From assembly GCA_965246715.1 (NCBI GenBank), contig CBDFFH010000038.1, forward strand, positions 96,001-160,000: a stretch of DNA of 64,000 nt. The letters run 5' to 3'. Below the pieces are notes generated by a model. The model saw only the letters and a list, made by a program, of their open reading frames with translations, searched no databases and was not told the DNA's origin. The position numbers and the translations under genes were made by a program. This document shows, in pieces, positions 45,274 to 54,685 of the stretch. Source of the stretch: Chamaesiphon sp. (GTDB lineage Bacteria > Cyanobacteriota > Cyanobacteriia > Cyanobacteriales > Chamaesiphonaceae). Each line of letters opens with the position of its first letter. The first letter of the stretch is position 1.

Positions 45274-46416
45274 TTATTTCAGCTGAAAAATATCAGCATA
45301 GACTCCGATTAAATCATCAAAATCGTCAGAAATTAATCTATCTTTATCTGGACTATCGTAAACTACTAATACGGATTTGTCATCGCGATCGAGAGTCAAT
45401 CCTTCTGCTCGATCTTGCTGTTCGCGATGCGGAATATCCCCCAGATATGTCAATTGCTGATTCTGTTGACTGGAAAGACTATTATCTACGAGTTCGAATG
45501 GACGATCCAAGCGAAATAATGAATGCCTTCCATCTAAAGCCATTGTCGGGCCAGCTAAAATTAGTAAACTGTTATGGCTGTTATCCCAACATAATTCTCG
45601 GATGCCCAAGCCATTGAGATCGAGAAAATGACGTTTATATTGTCGGCGATCGTTGCCGATAGTTTTGAGATTTAATTCTGGTGACGAACCGTCATCAATT
45701 TCAATTTCGATTAGGATCGCCATCTCGCGTAGCACGGGACCCCGCAAGCCAATTACCAAGCGATTGCCCCAAACGGCCAATCCTTCAATGTCAAATCCAT
45801 TCTCTTTACTAGGTAAGTAAAAATAAAATTCTTGACCCGATCGAGATGTGCGATCGGGTCGATCGATCGTGCGTCCCAGATCGAGATATTCATCTGTTGC
45901 CAATGCTTTGGTTAGCAAACTATTACTTCCCTCTCGTTTTAGCCAATCTGTTTGATGGGAGCCGCTATTTGCGATTTCCCCAGCCTTATTAATCGCAATT
46001 CGAGCTAATAAGTAACGATTTTCCTGCCGTTCGATATTTTTCAGTTCTTCATTTTTTACCATAAATTTATCTGGCTTTACTTTGACTTTTTTGCGCTTAC
46101 TACTATGCGAGCCGATCGCCCACAGGTAGCCATCGCTATAGTCTAAGCCTTCGATATCGACCTCACCTTGAAGCTCATCAAAACCGTCGATAAAATTTTT
46201 AAAATCAAACCGCTGATGATTGTCAAAAATATTTTTATCATCTTTGCTTTGGGTGAATCTCTCGATCGAAGTAAATTCATCTGTCCCCATCCACAGATAT
46301 TTACCTTGATGGGAGAACACCGCACTGGATAAATTTTCGACGATCTTTGCTCTGAGATCCTTGTCTAGTCGTGGATCGCACGAAATTTTCATTCTACCTT
46401 TTCTTTGTAAGTCCAT
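45274..46416 (-). CDS. DUF3616 domain protein (probable beta-propeller)
   Basis: EVDIEGL, LWAIGSHSSKRKK, ENGFDIEGLAV, GLRGPVLR, FLDLNGLGIREL, LAGPTM, AEGL and VVYDSP. Confidence 0.8.
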   Translation of the reverse strand: MDLQRKGRMKISCDPRLDKDLRAKIVENLSSAVFSHQGKYLWMGTDEFTSIERFTQSKDDKNIFDNHQRFDFKNFIDGFDELQGEVDIEGLDYSDGYLWAIGSHSSKRKKVKVKPDKFMVKNEELKNIERQENRYLLARIAINKAGEIANSGSHQTDWLKREGSNSLLTKALATDEYLDLGRTIDRPDRTSRSGQEFYFYLPSKENGFDIEGLAVWGNRLVIGLRGPVLREMAILIEIEIDDGSSPELNLKTIGNDRRQYKRHFLDLNGLGIRELCWDNSHNSLLILAGPTMALDGRHSLFRLDRPFELVDNSLSSQQNQQLTYLGDIPHREQQDRAEGLTLDRDDKSVLVVYDSPDKDRLISDDFDDLIGVYADIFQLK

Positions 46417-46780
46417 TGTCTTGCCGTATGAATGTTTTTATATTACAAATCATGTAGTCGTCAGTCATATCTCTGAATTATATTGATATTATGTGTTCGA
46501 GAAGCATCTCAAAATCGTTTGACTTAATAAATCTTTTAAAGCCGGAGCTGTGATAGATCGGTCGCAATGTCAACCGCCATTTTTTCTTTAGCTAAATTAT
46601 TTGTTTTCCCACTTATAGCAACAAACACCATGAAAGTAGCCGATCGTAATTTACATTACAAACTTTGATTCGATCTGAATATTCCCTGAATTTATATCCC
46701 GCTCCGTCGATGGCAAAAATTGACTTGAGATTGTCGAGTTATTGAATTAATTTATAATTTAACGGTGGACGAGTAAATAC

Positions 46781-48925
46781 ATGAAGATCGACAATTCCAT
46801 AATTCAAGCAACGATCGAACGTTACCAACAACGCGAGCAGCAACGAGCTGGATATTTGCAAAAGTTACAAGAGACTGGGATCCTCAGTGCGGATACGCCG
46901 GAACGGGTAGCGATGCGGTTGGAACGCATCGCGCGTCATCCATTGACACCAATGACAATCGATCGAAACGAACGCTCTCTTACCGCTCGATCTGAAGCGC
47001 TATCTGATGAAGAGTTTCGGCAGTTGGTCCAAGAACGTAGCTTCGGTCAAAACGATTTGATGCCGGTCAACTATCTCGAATATGCGTTGCGGGTTGCCCA
47101 GTCGGTCGGTCGGGTAATCATTCGCAATAGCAGTCGTCGCCTCGTTGGTTATGGAACGGGTTCAATGGTTTCGCCAGAATTGATGATGACCAACAATCAT
47201 GTGTTATCTACAGTTCAAGCGGGGCAGTTTGGTTTAATCGAATTCAACTATCAAAGCGATCTCGATGGTAAAATTCGTCAGTCTCAGAGCTACGAACTAG
47301 ATCCCGATACATTTTTCATCACTGATGTAGGACTAGATTACACCATCCTCGCTATCAAACCGAGTCCGAGCGATCGACCCCCCGTAGCTAACTTTGGCTG
47401 GAATCGGATTATTGAAGAACAGGGCAAAGTAATTATCGGTGAATATGTCAATATTATTCAACATCCAGCGGGCGAACCCAAACAATTAGCCCTGCGCGAA
47501 AATCGAGTAGTCGATTTATTGCCGGACTTCCTCCAGTACATGACCGACACAGCTCCTGGCTCATCTGGTGCCCCGGTATTTAACGACCAATGGGAATTAG
47601 TGGGATTGCACCATTCTGGCGTGCCACAGCGAGACGATCTCCGCCATATTCTCGCGATCGATGGCACAATTTGGCAACCGGAAATGGGCGAATCGCGAAT
47701 TAAATGGCTGGCGAATGAAGGAGTACGGATCGGTCGGATCGCCCAACATCTCAAGCAACAGAACCTCTCGATCGAACGAGGACGATTGCGCGATCGATTA
47801 TTCGTTGCCATGCCCGATCGAAACGAGCAGATAGCTACCGATACAACTGGATTTTTCAACCCTAAATCAACTGAAACTATGTCTTCACCAACACCATCAG
47901 ATCGCAGTATTACTTGGACGATTCCCTTGCAAGTAACGGTCAGTCTCGGCCAAGTAGGGATGTCGGCTCCAGCAACTGGAGTCACACCACCAGTAGCAGC
48001 CATAACGGGGCGCGGCGAAGATCTCAAACAATCGATCGCGGCTGATTCCCAGTTACAACAAGAATTGCAAATATTAGAGCAAGCGCGTCGAGGTACGATT
48101 CCTTATTTCGAGCGGGTTGTTGACGAGCAAAATCGAAATAATTACTACAGCGCTCTAACTGGAACGCTCGATTCGCTCGATTCCAAGCAATTATTTAAAA
48201 AATTAAGCGAATTGCTCGTTAACACCCACACTACTAAACTCTCCTATAAACCGAGCGTCCAACTTTATCCATGGGTCGATCTCCAACCCAATCTAAAGAT
48301 CCGGAGTATTTATTCCCACCAAGAATTTACACCAGAGGAAATTATTCAGGAAGATTTACTAATCGATCGCCAAAAGAATGCCCGCCTACAAGAATTGATG
48401 AGCGTCGAAGCTTCCAATCAGATAATTGACTTCCGCGAAGAGTTAGATTTATTAGAAGCCCAAATGCTCTATAACTGCGAACATGTCGTACCTCAATCTT
48501 GGTTTGGTAAAGCCGAACCGATGCGAGGCGATCTGCATCATTTATTTGCTTGTGAAAGTAATTGCAACTCGTTTCGCAATAATACACCTTACTTTGACTT
48601 TCCCGATTTTGAAGAAGTAACGAGAACTAATTGCGGTAAAACCGAGCGAGATCGCTTTAAATTTGAACCTAGTAATGGTAAAGGGGAAGTTGCCAGGGCT
48701 ACACTATACTTTTTACTACGATATCCCGGCAAAATTAATAATACACTCGAGGAGTATAAATTCGATCGCCTAACCATGCTATTGCAATGGAGTCAGGAGC
48801 ATCCCGTTACCGAACACGAACGCCATCGAAATATGGCAATTTTCAAAAAGCAGGGCAATCGCAATCCATTAATTGATTTTCCTGAATGGGCAAGAAAAAT
48901 TGATTTTAGTTTAGGTTTGGGCTAA
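46781..48925 (+). CDS. Trypsin-like serine protease fused to an Endonuclease I (His-Me) nuclease
   Basis: Protease triad TNNHVL / LDYTILA / GSSGAPV. Nuclease motifs NCEHVVPQSWF, DLHHLF..CNSFRNN, FEP..KGEVARA and QGNRNPLIDFPEW. No signal peptide. Confidence 0.88.
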   Translation: MKIDNSIIQATIERYQQREQQRAGYLQKLQETGILSADTPERVAMRLERIARHPLTPMTIDRNERSLTARSEALSDEEFRQLVQERSFGQNDLMPVNYLEYALRVAQSVGRVIIRNSSRRLVGYGTGSMVSPELMMTNNHVLSTVQAGQFGLIEFNYQSDLDGKIRQSQSYELDPDTFFITDVGLDYTILAIKPSPSDRPPVANFGWNRIIEEQGKVIIGEYVNIIQHPAGEPKQLALRENRVVDLLPDFLQYMTDTAPGSSGAPVFNDQWELVGLHHSGVPQRDDLRHILAIDGTIWQPEMGESRIKWLANEGVRIGRIAQHLKQQNLSIERGRLRDRLFVAMPDRNEQIATDTTGFFNPKSTETMSSPTPSDRSITWTIPLQVTVSLGQVGMSAPATGVTPPVAAITGRGEDLKQSIAADSQLQQELQILEQARRGTIPYFERVVDEQNRNNYYSALTGTLDSLDSKQLFKKLSELLVNTHTTKLSYKPSVQLYPWVDLQPNLKIRSIYSHQEFTPEEIIQEDLLIDRQKNARLQELMSVEASNQIIDFREELDLLEAQMLYNCEHVVPQSWFGKAEPMRGDLHHLFACESNCNSFRNNTPYFDFPDFEEVTRTNCGKTERDRFKFEPSNGKGEVARATLYFLLRYPGKINNTLEEYKFDRLTMLLQWSQEHPVTEHERHRNMAIFKKQGNRNPLIDFPEWARKIDFSLGLG

Positions 48926-48994
48926 TCCAATCCCAAAAATCGTCAAAGTGCCGCTCGGAGATCGAGCTTGTTTACATTCAGGAGCATAATAACT

Positions 48995-49087
48995 ATGTCC
49001 GGAATTCCTAATTATTCAGTATTGAAAGGTTTCATCGTCAAGGTCGACGATAAAGACCGCGATAGCAGGGTGAACACATCAAAATAG
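48995..49087 (+). pseudogene. Truncated DUF2278/YukJ-like gene
   Basis: AGGAG RBS, then MSGIPNYSVLKG..., which resembles the NYGVLKG start of DUF2278 proteins. It breaks at an ISAs1-type end at 49066. Confidence 0.55.
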
Positions 49088-49089
49088 GA
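49066..49089. mobile_element. Orphan ISAs1 terminus
   Basis: CAGGGTGAACACATCAAAATAGGA matches the right end of the ISAs1 at 41391 (CAGGGTGAACGCATCAAAACAGGA) at 22 of 24 positions. Confidence 0.75.
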
Positions 49090-49414
49090 CTGGGTAGATT
49101 CGATTCAAGACTTCTGTGAGTAAATCCTCTGGACAAGTGCCAAGCGACATCGCCATTCTCGATCGATAGTCCAGCGAACGTAATTGGTCGGTCATGATTA
49201 TGCCAGTAACGGATAGATCGGCTGGAATAGTGACATAAAAGGGATTGCGTCGCTTGGTATTGCTGATGGGACAGACTAGCGCGAAACCCCGATACTGGTT
49301 GAACTCAGTTTGACTGACTACCAGCGCGGGACGATTGCCCATCTGTTCGTGTCCGGATTGTGGATCGAAATCGATCCTAATAAAATCTCCCCGACGAGGA
49401 ATGTAATCTACCAT
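49079..49414 (-). CDS. mazF: MazF/PemK-family toxin
   Basis: MVDYIPRRGDFI.IDFDPQSGHEQMGNRPALVVS, CPIS and DQLRSLD. Confidence 0.92.
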   Translation of the reverse strand: MVDYIPRRGDFIRIDFDPQSGHEQMGNRPALVVSQTEFNQYRGFALVCPISNTKRRNPFYVTIPADLSVTGIIMTDQLRSLDYRSRMAMSLGTCPEDLLTEVLNRIYPVLF

Positions 49415-49647
49415 TCCTCGTCTCCCACAGGTTGACCCCAATCAACTTCGGGATCTTCTTCTAATTCAGCCGCGATTATTTGTTCGAGCGTGTATTTACC
49501 ATACTTGTTGATGGGATAAACCATCATCACGCCATTTTCGAGCCGACACTCAACCTCACCGTTTACAGTTAGAGCTAATTCTTCTGCAATATATTTAGGA
49601 ATCCTGATTCCTAATGAGTTGCCCCATCGCCCGATTTGAGTCTTCAT
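49408..49647 (-). CDS. mazE: MazE/AbrB-family antitoxin
   Basis: IGRWGNSLGIRIP, YTLEQII and VDWGQPVGDEEW; overlaps the toxin start. Confidence 0.92.
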   Translation of the reverse strand: MKTQIGRWGNSLGIRIPKYIAEELALTVNGEVECRLENGVMMVYPINKYGKYTLEQIIAAELEEDPEVDWGQPVGDEEW

Positions 49648-49760
49648 CAGTTAAATACAAATGATACTTAAAGTATATCATGCTAGTTACTGCTTTGGGA
49701 GCAGCCGACCCACGACCGCATACCTGCGGCAAAATTACTGATATGGAATCGCTTGAAAGG

Positions 49761-50148
49761 TGTTAAATGTCAAGTGATTTGACGTGTCGCGACAGAAAAT
49801 TGGCGGATAGGTGACGCGAAAAGGAAGTTCAGATCGAAACGATAAGTCCAGATCGTAGAAACTAGAGCAAAAAAATAGAGCAATTAGGCAGCAGCAGATT
49901 GATTCAAGCGAGCAGTAGCAGCCTGACGGGGATAGCTGTCAGTCTTAATCTCAAAGATCGTGCCATGATGAACCAGGCGATTACCTCCGGTAGGCTACGC
50001 CAACGACAGCGGCAACAGTCATCATCGCATCCACAAAAATGGAATCCCACTGACTGAAAGGCTGATTAGCAGTGATGAGTAGACTCTTGCGTTCATAGCG
50101 ATGAGCAATTAACTCAAACAACACCCAAGTCTCCGCCTCAGACTGTTT
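49761..50148 (-). mobile_element. IS21-family remnant: istB 3' end plus terminal repeat
   Basis: Minus strand 50148-49884 reads ETWVLFELIAHRYERKSLLITANQPFSQWDSIF..MTVAAV(D)RLVHHG (IstB), with a 22-nt insert. A TG-starting end, TGTTAAATGTCAA, is at 49761. Confidence 0.8.
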
Positions 50149-50179
50149 CCTTCCTGGCGATCGAGGTGTTAAAAATAGG

Positions 50180-50217
50180 CTTAACGTAAGTTTCTGTACG
50201 ACTGCTCATTTCACCCC
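50180..50217 (-). mobile_element. Orphan Tn3-family 38-bp inverted repeat
   Basis: GGGGTGAAATGAGCAGTCGTACAGAAACTTACGTTAAG is 38 nt with the GGGG...ACGTTAAG ends of Tn3 IRs; it sits exactly where parE breaks. Confidence 0.8.
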
Positions 50218-50262
50218 AAGATCGAGGTTAGCATCCTCGGTGATTAAGATGCGGCGGTTCAT
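50206..50262 (-). pseudogene. Truncated ParE/RelE-like toxin
   Basis: ATGA overlap with the antitoxin stop; reads MNRRILITEDANLDL and then enters the Tn3 IR. Confidence 0.6.
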
Positions 50263-50513
50263 ATTTGAGGCGGAAGTTGCTCGGTTAGATATTGATGCTG
50301 TTGTTCCCACCACTCATCGGTTGCTTCGACTGTTTTATTTTTTTGGAGAGTCGATCGTAACATGGCATTGACTTTCTGTTTGGCTTGACGTTCTTGCTCT
50401 TGCTCGATCGAAGCCATTAAAAACTCATCAGCAGTACTATATACACCGCTGGAAACCTGTCGATCGACGTAATCTTTCATTGCTTCTGGTAAAGCGATGG
50501 TGAGGTAAGTCAT
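50259..50513 (-). CDS. ParD-like ribbon-helix-helix antitoxin
   Basis: LTIALPEAMKDYVDRQVSSGVYSTADEFL and C-terminal EATDEWW. Confidence 0.78.
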   Translation of the reverse strand: MTYLTIALPEAMKDYVDRQVSSGVYSTADEFLMASIEQEQERQAKQKVNAMLRSTLQKNKTVEATDEWWEQQHQYLTEQLPPQI

Positions 50514-50542
50514 GAGGGTGTTTATGGGTCGGACTATTTGAA

Positions 50543-50809
50543 TTATAACTTATGACTCAGTTGGGCAATGAATTGTTGTGCTGTATTAAAAATCATGTTT
50601 AATCTTCTAACCAACCAAATCTCAAATACTAGATACTGATGTGCTGCCTCACCGATTAGGCTAGATAGTTCAGCATCATCATGAACTTCATCAGGTAATA
50701 ACTCATCTTTTGGATCCCGAAACATCGATTGTGATTCTAAGCGTAGATGGTAGGGGCGATAAAATTCCATTACATTCATCCAAAGCATCTTAACTTCTAT
50801 GTTACTCAT
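50543..50809 (-). CDS. Hypothetical protein inside the TA operon
   Basis: ATG directly follows the mazF TGA; no family recognised. Confidence 0.45.
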   Translation of the reverse strand: MSNIEVKMLWMNVMEFYRPYHLRLESQSMFRDPKDELLPDEVHDDAELSSLIGEAAHQYLVFEIWLVRRLNMIFNTAQQFIAQLSHKL

Positions 50810-51187
50810 TCAACTAACTGGTTCAAAAATTTTATTAAAGCCCAAAACTATACAAACAGCTTTCTCTATTTCGCTCCAGTATTTATGCTCTAAAGTTCCC
50901 AACTTGTTATCGATTCGCCGATTGTCAACAACCCTCATTTGTTCGAGATGAATTCCTCTATTTTCGTCTAGTCCATTATCGATCGTCGCTTCAATATTGA
51001 CCACAAAGGGGTAAGTTTTTGAGCCTTTCAATAAGGGAGCTACCATCGTTGTGTCAGATCTTGCGTTGCCTACATCATTCTGAAGGATTATACAGGGGCG
51101 TTTTTTAGCTGTTTCATTGCCCACTGTCGGATCTAAATTCACCCACCAGATCTCTCCTCTCCGGTACCGTAGATCGCCACTAGGCAT
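50810..51187 (-). CDS. mazF: MazF/PemK-family toxin
   Basis: RRGEIWWVNLDPTVGNETAKKRPCIILQND and EQMRVVD.RI. Confidence 0.92.
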   Translation of the reverse strand: MPSGDLRYRRGEIWWVNLDPTVGNETAKKRPCIILQNDVGNARSDTTMVAPLLKGSKTYPFVVNIEATIDNGLDENRGIHLEQMRVVDNRRIDNKLGTLEHKYWSEIEKAVCIVLGFNKIFEPVS

Positions 51188-51404
51188 CTATTCCATCTCC
51201 AACTGTGACATCCCACAACTCAATCTCAGCTTGATATTCCGAATCGTTTGCTAGTTCTGTGTAGGCATCCTCCAACTCTTTCAAAAATTGTCTCTTTTTT
51301 TCTTTGGACAAGATCTCGTTGATAAATTGGCTGCGATTTTGGCTCGATCGATCCACGAACTCCAAAATTTCTTCATCTAATGTGATGCTCACTTTCGCGC
51401 TCAT
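51180..51404 (-). CDS. CopG/RHH-type antitoxin
   Basis: KVSITLDEE..FVD..NRSQFI and WDVTVGDG; overlaps the toxin start by 8 bp. An imperfect palindrome ATCCTACTATTTGGTGGGAT at 51411-51430 is a likely operator. Confidence 0.85.
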   Translation of the reverse strand: MSAKVSITLDEEILEFVDRSSQNRSQFINEILSKEKKRQFLKELEDAYTELANDSEYQAEIELWDVTVGDGIDA

Positions 51405-51487
51405 GACTTAATCCTACTATTTGGTGGGATAATGTTATCTTAACATACTTTCTAGATCGCAATTTTTCTAGCCTGCTAAATATGATA

Positions 51488-51901
51488 TCAATCGTTCAAA
51501 ATCTTTTTGCCGAACGGCTTGCCGTCTGCGCCAGCAATCGGCGCTCCAGCAGCATCCAGCTCGTACACGATCGGTACACCCGTTGCTAGTTCTAGTGCTG
51601 TCACTTCATCTGGACTCAACCCGTCGAGCATCATGATAATCGATCGCAATGAGTTACCATGTGCGGCAATTAAGACGTTATCGCCTGCGAGTAGATGGGG
51701 CAAAATCCGGCTGTTAAAATAAGCAACCACTCGCTGTTGGGTATCCTCCAAACTCTCCCCGCCAGGTGGTCGAACACTGTAAGAAGCGATCGTTGCCTCA
51801 GCACGACCGCGTTCGCTCAGGGGTACATCAACCCATCCCGTGAACTTATTGAGTGCGTTCCAGAGGCTTAGACCATGCCGAACCAGAATGAGTTGAGTCA
51901 T
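51488..51901 (-). pseudogene. gpmA: 2,3-BPG-dependent phosphoglycerate mutase with a large in-frame internal deletion
   Basis: LVRHG..WN..NKFTGWVDVPLS is joined directly to SYSVRPPGGESL...AAHGNSLR. The central FTS.L.RA and ERYYG segments are missing, leaving only 137 aa. Confidence 0.8.
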
Positions 51902-52045
51902 TATTCTCGCTCTTTGTTATTCGCAATTCACTACTTCAATATATAACTGCCTCACGAGATCCTCACAGTAGTAACCTAAGATCGATCGCAGTACTTAATA
52001 ACTTTAAAATTCACGAAAATTTAAAACTATAAATTAAACTACTTT

Positions 52046-54685
52046 ATGAATAATTCTAGTCAGAATGCCAATTCTGTAGATTCATCCAATGCACTTATCG
52101 ATATCGCTCAGAAAGATGTGGATGGAGTTCTGAAATTATTCGACACTACGCTAGAAGGGTTAACTGAAACCGAAGCCCAGCGGCGATTGGCAAAATCTGG
52201 GCTAAATGAAATCGCCCGCGAAAAGCCGAGCAAGTGGTATATCCAACTGCTCAGAACGATCACCAATCCCCTCTCACTGTTACTAATTGCTCTAGGGGCA
52301 ATTTCATTATTAACAGGAAGTGCCACCGCTGGCTTCATCATTTTTATGATGGTAGTTTTCGGAGGACTATTACGGTTTTCCCAAGAATTTCAGTCGAATA
52401 AAGCTGCCGAAAAGCTGCGGGAAATGGTCAGTATCACCGCCGCAGTGAGTCGCCAAGGCGATACTAACGCAAGCACCTCGAAAGAGCAACAAGGCATCAC
52501 CGGAACCGAAATTGCAGTCAAGTTGCTAGTACCAGGGGATATTGTGTTTCTCTCCGCTGGAGATATGATTCCCGCTGATATTCGACTGATTGTAGCGAAG
52601 GATTTATTTCTGGGTCAATCTACTCTTACAGGTGAATCTCTCCCTGTCGAAAAACACGTAGATCTCACCGACAAGCAGGAGCAAAACCCCCTAGAACTAG
52701 TCAATCTCTGCTTTATGGGCACTACTGTAGTTAGTGGTTCTGGCACCGCTGTGGTCGCCGAAACTGGCAGTCATACTTATCTGGCATCTCTAGCAAAAAC
52801 GCTCGGTGGCAACCGAGTCCGCACCAGTTTTGATAAAGCTGTAAATAGTGTTACTACACTACTATTACGGTTCATGCTAATTATGGCTCCACTCGTCTTT
52901 TTGATTAATGGCATCGTCAAACATAATTGGGTGCAAGCATTTACCTTTGCTTTGTCCGTAGCGGTGGGCTTGGCTCCCGAAATGTTGCCTGTAATTGTCA
53001 CCGCAAATTTGGCGAAAGGGGCGATCGTAATGTCTGACAAAAAAGTGATTGTCAAAAACATCGATGCAATTCAAGATTTTGGCTCGATGAATATTCTCTG
53101 TACTGATAAAACAGGCACTCTCACCCAAGACAAAATCGTTTTACAGAGACATTTAGATCCCTATGGAAAGGAAAGTTTAGATGTACTTAGATATGCCTAT
53201 CTTAATAGCTTCTACCAGACTGGATTGAAAAATTTATTGGATGTTGCAGTATTAGAGCATAAACAAGAAATTGCCGATTTGAATATTGAGAAAGACTATC
53301 ACAAATTTGATGAAATTCCCTTCGACTTTGTACGGCGGCGGATGTCGGTAATCATCGCCGAAACGGGAAAAGACCATGTTCTAATTTGCAAAGGTGCAGT
53401 TGAAGAAGTCCTCAAAGTATGCACTCAACTCAAAGTTGATGACAAGATTTTGCCGATGGATGAGTCAGTTCATACTAGAGTTGCCGATTTACAACAAAAA
53501 CTCAATTCCGACGGCTTACGGGTCATTGCAGTGGCATATAAAATGATCCCACTAGAACAATCCCACTGCGCGATCGCTGATGAAAGTAATCTGATTCTAT
53601 TAGGTAATATTGCATTTCTCGATCCACCTAAAGATTCCGCCGCTCAAGCCCTCAAAGCACTCAAGCGTAATGGAGTCGAAGTGAAGATTTTAACCGGAGA
53701 TAATGAGATTATTACTCGTAAAATTTGTCGAGATGTGGGTTTACCCATTCAAAATGTTTTATTAGGTAGCGATATTGAATCTTTAGTAGATGATAAATTA
53801 GCCGAAGTTGCTGCAACCACTACTATTTTTGCTAAATTCTCACCTACCCAAAAAGCTAAGGTGATTCAGGTATTACGCAATGCAGGCAACATTGTTGGCT
53901 ATATGGGCGATGGCATCAATGATGCCGCTGCTTTACGAGAAGCAGATGTCGGTATCTCAGTCGATACCGCTGCTGATGTTGCCAAAGAATCGGCAGATAT
54001 CATCTTACTCGAAAAAAACTTATTAGTCCTAGAGTCTGGAGTCACGATCGGTCGCCAGACTTTTTCTAATATAGTTAAATATATCAGAATGGGTACTAGT
54101 TCTAATTTTGGTAATATGTTTAGTGTCTTGGGTGCGAGTGCATTAATACCATTTTTACCGATGCAGCCAGTTCAGATCTTAATCAATAATCTCCTCTACG
54201 ATTTTTCCCAAACGGGTATCCCTTTCGATAACGTGGACAAAGAAGATCTCGTCAAGCCACCTAAGTGGAAGATAGAAAATATTCGCAGGTTTATGATCTT
54301 CATCGGCCCGATTAGTTCTATCTTCGACTATGCCACTTATGCCATTATGTGGTTTGTGTTTGGAGCGAATGCTATAGAGCATCAAGCTTTATTTCAAACA
54401 GGTTGGTTTGTCGAAAGCCTGATGACTCAAACCCTCATCGTCCATGTTATTCGGACGGCTAAGGTACCTTTTTTCCAGAGTCGAGCTTCTTTACCCATGC
54501 TGCTGATTACCGCTACTGTGATGTGCATTGGCATGTATTTACCATTTTCGCCGATCGCGTCTAGTTTGGGATTTGTCCCGTTACCAGCCGTTTATTTCCT
54601 CTGGTTAGCTGGTATCTTGACTTGCTATTGCGTACTAACTCAATTTGTCAAAACTTGGTTCATTAAGAAATATGGTTATACCTAA
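52046..54685 (+). CDS. mgtA: Magnesium-translocating P-type ATPase
   Basis: TGES, PEMLP, DKTGTLT, LNSFYQTGLKNLLD, GDGIND, SSNFGN and FQTGWFVES. Confidence 0.94.
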   Translation: MNNSSQNANSVDSSNALIDIAQKDVDGVLKLFDTTLEGLTETEAQRRLAKSGLNEIAREKPSKWYIQLLRTITNPLSLLLIALGAISLLTGSATAGFIIFMMVVFGGLLRFSQEFQSNKAAEKLREMVSITAAVSRQGDTNASTSKEQQGITGTEIAVKLLVPGDIVFLSAGDMIPADIRLIVAKDLFLGQSTLTGESLPVEKHVDLTDKQEQNPLELVNLCFMGTTVVSGSGTAVVAETGSHTYLASLAKTLGGNRVRTSFDKAVNSVTTLLLRFMLIMAPLVFLINGIVKHNWVQAFTFALSVAVGLAPEMLPVIVTANLAKGAIVMSDKKVIVKNIDAIQDFGSMNILCTDKTGTLTQDKIVLQRHLDPYGKESLDVLRYAYLNSFYQTGLKNLLDVAVLEHKQEIADLNIEKDYHKFDEIPFDFVRRRMSVIIAETGKDHVLICKGAVEEVLKVCTQLKVDDKILPMDESVHTRVADLQQKLNSDGLRVIAVAYKMIPLEQSHCAIADESNLILLGNIAFLDPPKDSAAQALKALKRNGVEVKILTGDNEIITRKICRDVGLPIQNVLLGSDIESLVDDKLAEVAATTTIFAKFSPTQKAKVIQVLRNAGNIVGYMGDGINDAAALREADVGISVDTAADVAKESADIILLEKNLLVLESGVTIGRQTFSNIVKYIRMGTSSNFGNMFSVLGASALIPFLPMQPVQILINNLLYDFSQTGIPFDNVDKEDLVKPPKWKIENIRRFMIFIGPISSIFDYATYAIMWFVFGANAIEHQALFQTGWFVESLMTQTLIVHVIRTAKVPFFQSRASLPMLLITATVMCIGMYLPFSPIASSLGFVPLPAVYFLWLAGILTCYCVLTQFVKTWFIKKYGYT

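Noticed and set aside
46646..46659. GTA-N8-TAC (NtcA-like) site upstream of the protease-nuclease gene
   Set aside because: No -10 box at the expected distance of about 22 nt, and a 6-bp pattern is expected many times by chance in 64 kb.
51902..52045. Mg2+ riboswitch or leader peptide upstream of mgtA
   Set aside because: The 144-bp AT-rich gap shows no M-box-like structure or Pro-rich leader ORF that I can see.
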